From: Nymphaea colorata
Lineage: Eukaryota
NCBI RefSeq assembly: GCF_008831285.2
Contig: NC_045138.2
Location: 37,014,001-37,078,000 of the forward strand
Length of the DNA: 64,000 bases
Reading direction: 5' to 3'
This document shows, piece after piece, positions 26,701-36,404 of this stretch. How positions within the stretch are numbered: position 1 is the first letter of the stretch; every line of letters starts with the position of its first letter. Position numbers and translations under genes: made by a program. The notes below the pieces were generated by a model. It did no database searches and was not told where the DNA came from. It was given only the letters and a program-made list of their open reading frames with translations.

Positions 26701-27825
26701 CCAAGCGCAGAAATAATGTCAATGGCTTCTTTCTCTGCATCTGCCAGTTCTTGGTGCAGCTTTACTTTGTACTTGCTTGCCTGGTCAACCTTCCTTCTGT
26801 ATACATCCAAGCATTCTTGTTCCAATTGCAGCAACATCTTATCTCTTTCAACATCATTCTCACCAATTTCATCCCATATTCTCTACAAGCATCACCAACA
26901 ACAGCTCATAAATGTTCCAACAAAAATAACGGCAGTACAAACACGCTTCATTGAACTGCTGCGAGTCAATAAAAATCATTCAATTACACCAAACGAAGCA
27001 TCAATCAAGATTACAATCTTATTTAGAACCAGGATCCCGCTCGGGTAAACATAAAGCTGGTATATAGCCAAGACAGGTAGGTTCTAGTATACCCTTTAGT
27101 CTTGACCTTCATGATGCGCACCCGTTCCTGTTATCTTGCCAACAGAAACATGATCTGAATTGTGAATACATTGCAGGCTTTGCTGCAGATAGAAAAACCT
27201 AACCAGCATTCACACAATAAAGACAAACACTAATTCAAAAGAAATATCTTAAAGGATAAACGCAAGGAAAGGAACCTAACACGTCATGTGGCTTCGACAA
27301 ACTTGACGGATATGGTTTATCTCATAGTTATTTGAGATATGCATCGACCTGTACATGCGCACAAGCAATTCTTTACATATACATGTATAAGTCTTAATGA
27401 GTGTCACTACAAGCGACATACGCGCGCACAAACAGCAAGAAAAAGAAACAACCAGACATGCAGGCGCACGTCTACATGAATGAAGACAGGCAAGCGTTCA
27501 CAAACACGGAGAGACCGTCACAAACTCCAGCAAAGTAAAATCTGACATATTATACCATCAACCGAACCTACATTCAGCAATCTATCCATTAGCCACCGAA
27601 CCAGGACAAGCACTTAGAGACATCGCGCGGGAAAATCCCGAAATGAAGCAAACAATCGCGTCCATTGCAAGGGATAAATAAACAAGGAACGGCACAGAGC
27701 ATCCAAGAAACCGACGAAGCCAAGAAAGAAGGCGACCGCGCAGCAGGTACCTGCAACTCTTCGAGAAGCGACGCGCACGTCGTCTTCGAGGGATCGGGCG
27801 GCCGCCTTGTCTGCGCGATCGACAT
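20734..27825 (-). CDS. MAP65: 65-kDa microtubule-associated protein (MAP65/Ase1/PRC1 family), MAP65-5-like, ~583 aa
   Basis: Eleven exons with GT-AG borders, in frame: 27825-27751, 26882-26679, 26008-25751, 25409-25194, 23683-23528, 23411-23252, 22843-22692, 22223-22136, 21634-21561, 21267-21193, 21027-20734 (1752 nt). Motifs: [75 protein letters not shown], and C-terminal [10 protein letters not shown]. Confidence 0.96.
23003..23201. repeat. Tandem duplication, 2 x ~101 bp, in MAP65 intron 6
   Basis: GGCAATAATGAAGGAAATA occurs at 23009 and 23110. GGGAGGCAATTTTGTAGGAAGAGGAAAGTTAATGTGATCCT occurs at 23058 and 23159. Confidence 0.9.
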
Positions 27826-28076
27826 GGCGATCCGAAATCTAGCGACGCATTCTTCAGATTCTCTCTAGGATTCGTTCCTCCTTTCTTGTGACAGAAAGAG
27901 ACGGAGGAGACGGAATTATTGAAGGATTCCGCAGGAAGATGAAAATCCTCTTTTCCCTCCCTTTTTCCCCGGAGCGACAACGAGATAAAAAGGGGAAAGG
28001 TGAAAATTTCGCTCGCGTGAAAAATGGCGAGACCAAGACTCTATTGGGGGCAACCCATCGGGCGGTTTAAATGGTG

Positions 28077-28084
28077 GCGCCAAA
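28077..28084 (-). promoter_or_regulatory. Putative E2F site (TTTGGCGC) upstream of MAP65
   Basis: Matches the E2F consensus TTTSSCGS ~250 bp upstream of the ATG. An MSA-like core (CTAACGG, minus strand) lies at ~28137-28143. Confidence 0.4.
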
Positions 28085-29418
28085 ATCGAGGGAGGGAGAA
28101 GGACGGTTTGTGATGACGAAAATAGGCGGTTGTTTCCCGTTAGCTGATCGCTCCCTCTTGAAATGGTTCGGATCCGGGTTCGGATTGTTTGTAAATCTGT
28201 CCATCGCTTTGGACGGATCGAATTTAGATCACGGATTCCCATTTTTTGACATGTAATCTGATTCAGTGTCAGTGTCGATAAAAAAAAAATCAGATACACA
28301 CTTAAGTTTGCTAGGAAAACACACAGTTTCTTCAAATATCTAAATTTATGTATAATTCTTTACAATCAATTTTCACCTCAACTTGAAATTGGGATGAACA
28401 CTCCGGTTTCAATTTCCTTTTGAGTTTCATTGTATAGATTCTTTAATTATATAATCAAAACTGAGTATAATTGAAAACGACTGTATATTCTTTAATTATA
28501 AAATTAAAAAGGACTTGCATGAAGAAAAAAAAAAAATTAGAACTCATACATTAAAACTTTCAAGCTTTGTGCCCCAAAGAGAGATGAAAAAATTCCATAA
28601 TTCTGGAATCATTATTTCACCTCATAAGATTAGATCATAATTCAAGAATTTTGATTATCCTATTACTTAAGGATCAAAATTATTTATTTGATAATGCAGT
28701 TCTCAAATTTCATTTAATTTATTCCAACCGTATCAAACGGCCCCTTTGTATATTTTGAATCTGCTAGCATCTGATCTGGCTCTTATGGACAAAGGAATCT
28801 GCATCTTAAAATGTTACTAACTAACTTTTAAAATGTACAGTACCGGATATTGTAAATAGAAGCCTATATCCAAAAAACAACAGAAGTTAAAAACATAGGC
28901 AACATAGGAAGAGGCGTAGCCACACGTGCCCACACCAACTTTTTAAAATTTATTTCTTTTCAAATTTTTACTTTTGTACTGATAAATTTACCTTTTATGC
29001 ATATATAAGTGCCCCTCCATAAATGTTGAGGTGCCTCTCCAAATAAATTTTTGGACTTAAAGGCAGACAAAAGTGAGGCTATTATTTATTAATTGGAATA
29101 AAATGATAATAAGGGGCAGTCCTAAAGATAGTAATATGTCTAAATCGGTGGCCATACATTAGATAATATGTTTATATGTCTTAACTGAAAACAATTCAGG
29201 AACCACGAAAGAACGAACGTTATCATAGTAAAGGCTTAAAAATAAAAAAAACTTAATAACATGTTCTGATGGTGCCTGAACATCAGGTTTTTTAGAAGAG
29301 GAATATTTTCAAAATATACTTTTTTTTTTCAAAAGTATGAGGAGCGTGGTGGCACCTCTTTCCCCGTTGGAATAGAGATGAGCTTGTCATCTTTTTTACT
29401 TTGGTGCGTCGAACCAAA

Positions 29419-29608
29419 TAGGGATGGGATTAAAAATTTTTGAATGAAGAGAGTTCAATTAAAGTTTGTAAATTTTGACATTGGCTCAAATATCATTTTT
29501 TTCAAAATTTTTATATAAGACAAGTGAAATTTTTTAAAATTTTACATGTAATTTTTTTTTTCGAAGGTGGGACCATGGCCATGCAGCCCCTACCTCGCAT
29601 CCGCCCTC
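29419..29608. mobile_element. Degenerate copy of the same AT-rich MITE family, in the MAP65-CYP98A intergenic region
   Basis: The core AAATTTTGAC...AAATATCATTTTTTTCAAAATTTTTATATAAGACAAGTGAAATTTTTTAAAATTTTACATGTAATTTT is collinear with 6063-6224, and the copy ends in ...TCCGCCCTC. No intact TSD. Confidence 0.65.
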
Positions 29609-30636
29609 ATATATAAATCTTCAATGTTATGTCCCCAGTTAAGATTAGGAAGAAAAAGTATGAGTTCAAATCCAAATGTGATTGCATGAATTTTAATTAA
29701 GTCAATTCTTAGCTTTTGTATGCAATTGTTCCAAACTTGTTGGTCAACCTGGGTCATACCAACTGGTCTTGAGAAGGGAGGAATGGGGGCCTTTCGGGCA
29801 CCAAATCTTATGGAAGTGAGTCTTTGAATTTAACTAGCCTTGAACTACCTATTCAATGAATGAGCAGACTCGCTGATTCAGTCGAATAACCAAAAATATT
29901 TTATATTTATTTATAAATAAATAAATATGCAAATTAATTATATTAAATTGTTTAAAATTACTTACAAATAACTCTGAAAGGACACATGGTACCATTGTAT
30001 CAGATGATGAGTAAAAACCAATTCGACCGAAGGCTTATAAAATTTCTGTCTATTATCAATGTAAAGAGAAAGTTGAATCACACTCCCCAAGATAAAGATG
30101 GAAAAAAACACAAAAACAAATTCAAACTTCCACCTTTCTCACCTACCTATTTTTGTATTGTGAGGAAGTTTTGAACTTCTTTTTCAACGAAACATTTATT
30201 CAATTGATTTAGGGGCAAAGGAAAGAACACAGAGGTGTATTTGTATTTAATGGCTTTCCTTCAATTTCCATGCCTATTTAACCCTTACCAACTTGTGATG
30301 TATTGAAGCTCCAACTCCAAATCGCAGACGAGTCCATATAATTTGGTTTTATTACATATTGATGCTGGAAATTACCTTTATTATGTATTTACCTCTTACT
30401 CACCCGAGAAAGTTTCTCCCTCTATTATCAAACGAGCAACAAAAACACATAAATTTGCTTGTAATTCAACAATTAGTAAAAATAGTGCACCTTTACGAAG
30501 AAAAAGCCCCACCAGCACCGCCGTTGAAAATACGGCAAGTCAATATCATCACCCAACTTTGGCCATGGCGGACTAATACTACTTTCTTTTTCCTCCCCCC
30601 CCCTTTTTTTTTTTTATTTTCTCAACCACCTTCCCC

Positions 30637-30709
30637 ACCAACCCCGTGGGACCCATTCCCTCCCACCAACCCCTGGTGGGACCCGACCTTTGGTGGAACC
30701 CTCACCAAC
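30637..30709 (+). promoter_or_regulatory. Repeated AC-II (MYB) + GTGGGACCC (TCP) module ~1.65 kb upstream of CYP98A
   Basis: ACCAACC at 30637 and 30665, each followed by GTGGGACCC (30646, 30676). A third ACCAAC lies at 30704. Confidence 0.45.
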
Positions 30710-30914
30710 GACCCCTTGCTCTTATCCACGAAAAAGCGTTCAATTTTGAGTGGTAGCGACCAGCACGCATGCGGCATGAAGCGGGATAGATTGGTTCGGG
30801 GCGGAAACATCGGGTCCAAGATCGATTGACTCTATCAGAATCACATTTGATGAGATACTTTATCCCACGTTGATCAAATAAATAAGTTTTTCATTTTGCC
30901 TTTCTTTCTTCAAA

Positions 30915-31006
30915 TGCTTAGTTAAAAATATGAAGATAAAAACAAAAACGACATATATGCTGCTTAGTTAAAAATATGAAGATAAAACAAAAAACGACAT
31001 ATATGC
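30915..31006. repeat. Tandem duplication, 2 x 46 bp
   Basis: TGCTTAGTTAAAAATATGAAGATAAAA(A)CAAAAA(A)CGACATATATGC occurs at 30915 and 30961. Confidence 0.92.
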
Positions 31007-31280
31007 TGATGTAGATGGATTGAACATATCCGATTACCTGTCCAATTTTGAATTCGTTTAGTCGAATCAAGTAAGACAGTGTGAATTCGATCTCTAATTG
31101 GGTTTGAATTAGTATAGAAATGCATAACCAAGTTCGGGTCTCAGCTACATACCACGCAGTTACATGCAAATGGTAGACCTTAAGCAAGTCGGATTAAAAT
31201 TGAGTTTTTAAACTAAGGTTTGAATTTGAGTAAAAAATCAAATTACATAAAATCCGACTTCAATTGGATTACATCCTTAA

Positions 31281-31482
31281 GGGGGCATTTGACATATCTA
31301 AAATTGTGAAACTTTAGAATCAAAATGTTCATTTTTCAAAAAAAAAAAAAATTATCAAACAAACGGGGTATTTTGTTTTTGGAATTAAGAAACTGAAACT
31401 TTGATTTCATTCCAATTTGAAGAGAAATTATGATTCTGAAATTTTCATTTTAAAATCCAAATTTCAAACCATCAAACGCCGT
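31281..31482. mobile_element. Tourist-like MITE remnant upstream of CYP98A
   Basis: GGGGGCATTTGAC ... ATCAAACGCCG forms a degenerate TIR pair, flanked by TTAA on both sides, with an AT-rich interior. Confidence 0.45.
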
Positions 31483-32235
31483 TAAGTCCATGGAAAAGCA
31501 TCACATCAAAAAAAGTCTCGAAACAAAACCCTACTAAATTAAAAGGAAAGAAGGAATCGATGCACGAATCGGCATATTTGTTACATTTTTCCATTGATTT
31601 GGACCGGTTAAAATTGATTTAAATATTTAGCCTCTTGCACAAATCGAATAAACAACTACAAAAATCCAACAATTATTAAAAGAAATACTCCATGTGAGAA
31701 ATTTGAGGGAGGGAAACTGCTGACCAAACTCGTTTTAGTCCACTTATTAATTGACTTGAACGTAGTTCGCTTCTCTGCATCCTATATCTTTTTCTTTTAA
31801 AAGAAAAAAGGGGGAAACGAGAAACCAGGGGCTCAGACCATCACAGCCCATGTAACTACGTGCACCAACTTTCTTCACTCTTCCTGCTCTCCTGCCCTTG
31901 TTAACGGACGCCAAAGGCCCTGGGTATTAGAAAATTCTACCATATCGCCCTTGTCTTATGAACAACTACGTTTTCCAAATTTTAAAATGTATGTGGTTTT
32001 TCCTTCCAAAATATATATAAAAAAAATATAAAGCACTTTTTTTTCTTTAGAAAAAATATATGTAGAACTTTACTGCCTACTTCCCTAATTATGAAGTGCC
32101 CAGTGATATAATTATGAGGTGGCTTGAAGTATTCAAAAGTATACAGCAGGCAGGTATGATGAGAACCTTGGGTCCCTCCATGGCCAATTTTGTAATTGCG
32201 CACTTGTGCTTAAAATAAGGTGCCCACAAACTCCT

Positions 32236-32273
32236 ACCTACCTACTTCTTTCCCAACCTTGTGTTATATATAA
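32236..32273 (+). promoter_or_regulatory. CYP98A core promoter: AC-I element (ACCTACC) and TATA box (TATATATAA)
   Basis: ACCTACC at 32236-32242 within CCTACCTACCTAC, and TATATATAA at 32265-32273, ~65 bp before the ATG. AC elements are the known R2R3-MYB sites of phenylpropanoid genes. Confidence 0.7.
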
Positions 32274-32336
32274 GATGAGAGTCTCCAATGTTTCCTCAGC
32301 ATAAAAACTTTCCTTCTTCCTTCTCTTCCACCCAAC

Positions 32337-34724
32337 ATGGATCTCCCTCTCCCACTCTCCACCATCTTCCTTGTTCTTCTCCTCTCCATCATATCTGTCA
32401 AATTCCTCCAAAGTCTTAGGTACAAGCTGCCTCCTGGACCCAGGCCATGGCCAATAGTGGGCAACCTATTCAGCATCAAGCCCATCAGGTTCAGGTGCTT
32501 CGCCGAGTGGGCGCAGACCTACGGGCCGATCATGTCGGTCTGGTTCGGCTCGACGCTCAACGTGATCGTCTCGAACTCCGAGCTGGCGAAGGAGGTGCTC
32601 AAGGACAACGATCAGCACCTTGCAGACAGGCACAGGACCAGGTCCGCAGCTAGGTTCAGCCGGGACGGCAAGGACCTTATCTGGGCTGACTATGGGCCTC
32701 ACTATGTCAAGGTGAGGAAGGTTTGCACCTTGGAACTGTTCTCCCCAAAGAGGCTTGAGGCCCTCAGACCCATCAGAGAGGATGAAGTTACTGCCATGAT
32801 TGAGTGTGTCTTTAAAGACTGCACAGATCAAGGTATTTTTTCCAGTTCTTGAAGCTTTTGCCTCTTTTTCAGTGATATATCGTGTTTGATTTATATAGGT
32901 AAAGTAGGCTCGGCCGGGCTCGGGCTACCAAATAAGGTTGCGGACCGAGTCCGGGCGCGCCCCAGTCTGACTTTGAATCGGACCAGTAGGTCGTGTTTTT
33001 TTTTTTCCCTTAACAAAGGGAAAGCTCTGATGTAAAAACTTAAGCAACACGGTCCGGACTCCGTCAAGTTTTTAGTTAATTTTAAAGGAAGGAGCACTGA
33101 ATGGCCGTGGCCCTGGAGAGTTCTGGTGCCATCAGAAAAGGACAAACAAAAGAGGGATAGTAATTCATTGCTATTGTCTCATTAATCTCCTTAAAAAGAA
33201 GAATCTAACTTTGGTGGTTTCGGTAAGTCGGAGTAGGTGTGGCTTTAATGGACTACGGTAGGAGAAGAGTCGTTATCATGGACAAACCCTCTCCACCAAA
33301 AAGACATGAAAATTATAAGACGCATATGTGGTTGGTGGAGCGAAGATTGGTTAAAGCTTAATATTATTATTATTGCAGCAGTTGGAATTAGGAACGGGCT
33401 GATTAAAATATAGTCTCACCAAAACAAATGTAGGATAAGTAAAGAATCTATATTTTATTTTTAAGATTCATTTAATACTTGTTTTTTAAACAAACGATTC
33501 TATTTAATTTAATTTAATTTGGAGGAGATTGATTGACCAATAGTCGAACAATGGTGGCTTTCAGAGAAGAAGGGGATGGTGTTGAGGACCCACTTGGGGG
33601 CGGTGGCGTTCAACAACACGACGAGGCTGGTGTTCGGGAAGAGGTTCATAGACGCGGACGGGAAGATGCACCCGCAGGGCTTGGAGTTCAAGGGGATCGT
33701 CGCCAACGGGCTGAAGCTCGGGGCGTCGCTGCCGTGGGGCGAGTACGTGCCCTGGCTGCGCTGGGCCTTCCCGCTGGAGGAGGAGGCCATCGCCAAGCAC
33801 GGCGACCGGCGGGACCGCCTCACCCGGGCCATCATGGAGGAGCACACCCTCGCCCGCAACAAGTCCGGCGGCGCCAAGCAGCACTTCGTCGACGCCCTCC
33901 TCACCCTCCAGCAGGAGTACGACCTCAGCGAGGACACCATCATCGGCCTCCTTTGGGTGAGCTTCCAAACTTACATGATTTAAGATCCAAGGCTCACATG
34001 ATTTAAGATCCAAGGCTCACATGATTTAAGATCCAAGGCTCAATTGGATCCTGGAACTAATACAAGGTCTGAATTGCAGGACATGATCACGGCCGGGATG
34101 GATACGACCGTGATCTCCACGGAGTGGGCGATGGCGGAGATCCTAAAGCACCCCAGGGTCCAAGAGAAAGTCCAAGAGGAATTGGATCGGGTCATCGGTC
34201 ACGACAGGGTCATGTCCGAAACCGACTTCCCAGACCTCCCCTACCTCCAGTGTGTGGTCAAAGAGGCCATGCGCCTGCACCCGCCCACGCCGCTGATGCT
34301 GCCCCACAAGGCCACCGCCAACGTGAAGCTCGGCGGCTACGACGTGCCCAAGGGCTCGATTGTGAACGTGAACGTGTGGGCCGTCGCCCGGGACCCGGCG
34401 GTCTGGAAGCGGGCGGAGGAGTTCTGGCCGGAGCGATTCCTGGAGGAGGACATCAACATCAAGGGCCAAGACTTCCGGGTGCTGCCGTTCGGCGCAGGGC
34501 GGCGGGTGTGCCCGGGCGCGGGGCTGGGCGTGTTCCTGGTGCAGTCGATGCTGGGGCACCTGCTGCACCACTTCAAGTGGGCGCCGCTGGAAGGGGTCAG
34601 AGAGGAGGAGATCGACTTGTCCGAGAACCCGGGCATGGTCAGCTTCATGGCTACGCCCTTGCAGGCGAGGGCCACGCCCAGGCTGCCTGCTCACTTGTAC
34701 CGACGCGTGCCCTACGAGGGCTAA
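32337..34724 (+). CDS. CYP98A: Cytochrome P450 CYP98A (p-coumaroyl ester/amide 3'-hydroxylase family), ~510 aa
   Basis: Three exons: 32337-32832, 33565-33956, 34080-34724 (1533 nt). Features include an N-terminal anchor, [17 protein letters not shown]98-typical [18 protein letters not shown] and [23 protein letters not shown]-helix AGMDTT, an ExxR motif (EAMR), PERF and the heme motif [10 protein letters not shown]. Confidence 0.97.
33973..34041. repeat. Perfect 23-bp x 3 minisatellite in CYP98A intron 2
   Basis: ACATGATTTAAGATCCAAGGCTC at 33973, 33996 and 34019. Confidence 0.97.
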
Positions 34725-35974
34725 AACCAGCCCACCTTCGTATCGTGCCTTTGGGATTTCCGTCTTGCAGACAATACTTGGTGTTTTGGATCTGGAGCAG
34801 ACACACAAAACATTTGTTGTATATTTATATGAGATGGAACCGAATCTTTTCCCGTCGCTATTCTCGTGAATGGCTGTAAAGGGTCGAGTACGGTCTCGGC
34901 GTTTCGCATTTGGTATTTGGTTTGCATTTTTGGCTCTAAAGTATTTTTCATAAGAATCAACCTTTTCTGAAAATAATCACTCCTCATGTTCTCATTTCTT
35001 CGATTCTCAGTAGCCCATCTCTACATGTAACTTTTATGTTCCTTTCATTAAAGTGAGCTCATTATTTTACTTTTTGCATTTAAAATAACTATGGCCTAAG
35101 ATCGCATAATAGATACTAATCTTAAGTTTATGCATCTCATATTATAAAATATCTTAAGACTGAACTAGATCAAGGGCAACCAAATACCGCTTAGAATAAC
35201 TTGGGAAGTAACAATTCAAATAGCAAAGCTAGTCAATAAATACATTGTCACATTGAAACTGTGCTCCATGGGGTGAAACATGGTACTAAGATGAAAGAAC
35301 ACTATCTTTTCATTGGGAGCCTTAAACCTCGAGCGTAACGAGAAATCAAAGAAATACCAGCGTAACCCTGCACTCTGAAGATAACGTACCATACCTTTAT
35401 GTTTTTAAGGTTTTACCTTGTCTCGGGGCTTGGATAAACATAAAATTCATCATTCAACTCAAGTGTCATGCATGACATACATGGTTGTAAGAGGTCACGA
35501 AAAAGTGGCTTCCATGATTATAGGACCAGAAAAAACAACTATCTAAACAAACCCAGATTTCGAATGTTCAAATGTTGGTTTCTATGCAGCGGCTTAGAAT
35601 CCTCCCGCTCATTTAAAATAGTAAAAATGGTTTTTTTTATGGAACCGTGCCTATTCATTGGAAGAAAGGGCGTTCAAATTCTGTTGTATTAACAACATTT
35701 TGGTTGCGAATGGATCCATCCAGGTTTCGAAGCAGTCATTCATCAGCAACCCCGAATGGCTGGATCTTAAAAGTAGAACGAGTAAGATTTTTTGTTTCAT
35801 AAAACACTACATATATAATTAACAAATTTTACAATTAGAACCAAATTCATCCAAATCCAATAATTAAAAATAAGATTCTATAGTAATCACCTCCTCCCTT
35901 CCACCAGAGGGCATGAGAGAGGATAATATTTCGGCTATTCTATCAGCGGTTTCTTGCCGATTTGCTTCAGTCCT

Positions 35975-36141
35975 GTGGGCTCCACTCAGGTGTGGTCCCG
36001 CTCGTACCGGGCCCCACACCACCGATTTTTTAAAAGAACTCGGCGAATTATATCGACGGGTCGGAACTGGGGGAGGTCGGACCCGGAATTTAACCGAAGA
36101 TCCGAACCATGGTTTAGCGAGCAGCTTGAAGGTTAGGGTTT
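35975..36141 (+). promoter_or_regulatory. TCP/site-II-like motifs plus telo-box upstream of DRAP1
   Basis: GTGGGCTCC, GTGGTCCC and GGGCCCCAC at ~35975-36020, and TTAGGGTTT (telo-box AAACCCTAA, reverse) at 36133-36141. This pairing is known from plant housekeeping and proliferation gene promoters. Confidence 0.5.
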
Positions 36142-36404
36142 CTCGGGTTACGTATCCGCCTGATCCAATCCCCTTTTCTTTGTTCGTCACGTCTCCACGG
36201 CGAGGTGAGGGACACAAAAGATCACAAGGAGAAAAAGGGCGGGTGAAAAAAGATTTTGTTGGGGATTTTTTGTCGAAGCGATATGTAATTTTGTTTATAG
36301 TATATCTTTTTTTTTTCCTTGTTTACTTTTTTTTTTTTTTTTTGGGTTCATCTTTAACCTTATCGCCAATCGGGAGTCTGAATCGATGGCCGGAATCTGA
36401 CACC

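Noticed and set aside
30359..30829. 156-aa ORF between MAP65 and CYP98A
   Set aside because: It has a non-ATG start and crosses poly(C)/poly(T) runs. The repeated PPTxPWxP pattern comes from the DNA-level motif duplication.
33012..33045. AACAAAGGGAAAGCTCTGATG (NKGKALM*) in CYP98A intron 1, resembling the start of a CYP98 exon 2
   Set aside because: The match is only ~7 codons, has no proper acceptor, and similarity does not continue. It is probably chance within a MITE-like patch.
33973..34041. 23-bp repeats as a possible CRISPR-like array
   Set aside because: The units are directly adjacent with no spacers, lie inside a spliceosomal intron of a plant gene, and have no cas genes nearby.
33509..34879. 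Long overlapping ORFs (144-251 aa) in alternative frames and antisense to CYP98A exons 2-3
   Set aside because: These are an expected by-product of very high GC3, which suppresses stops in other frames. The products are low-complexity and show no motifs.
35913..36404. In-frame 5' extension of DRAP1 exon 1 (185-aa ORF)
   Set aside because: It runs through promoter motifs and poly(T) tracts. The conserved protein start is MRKKLDTRFPA at 36405, in a good CACCATG context.
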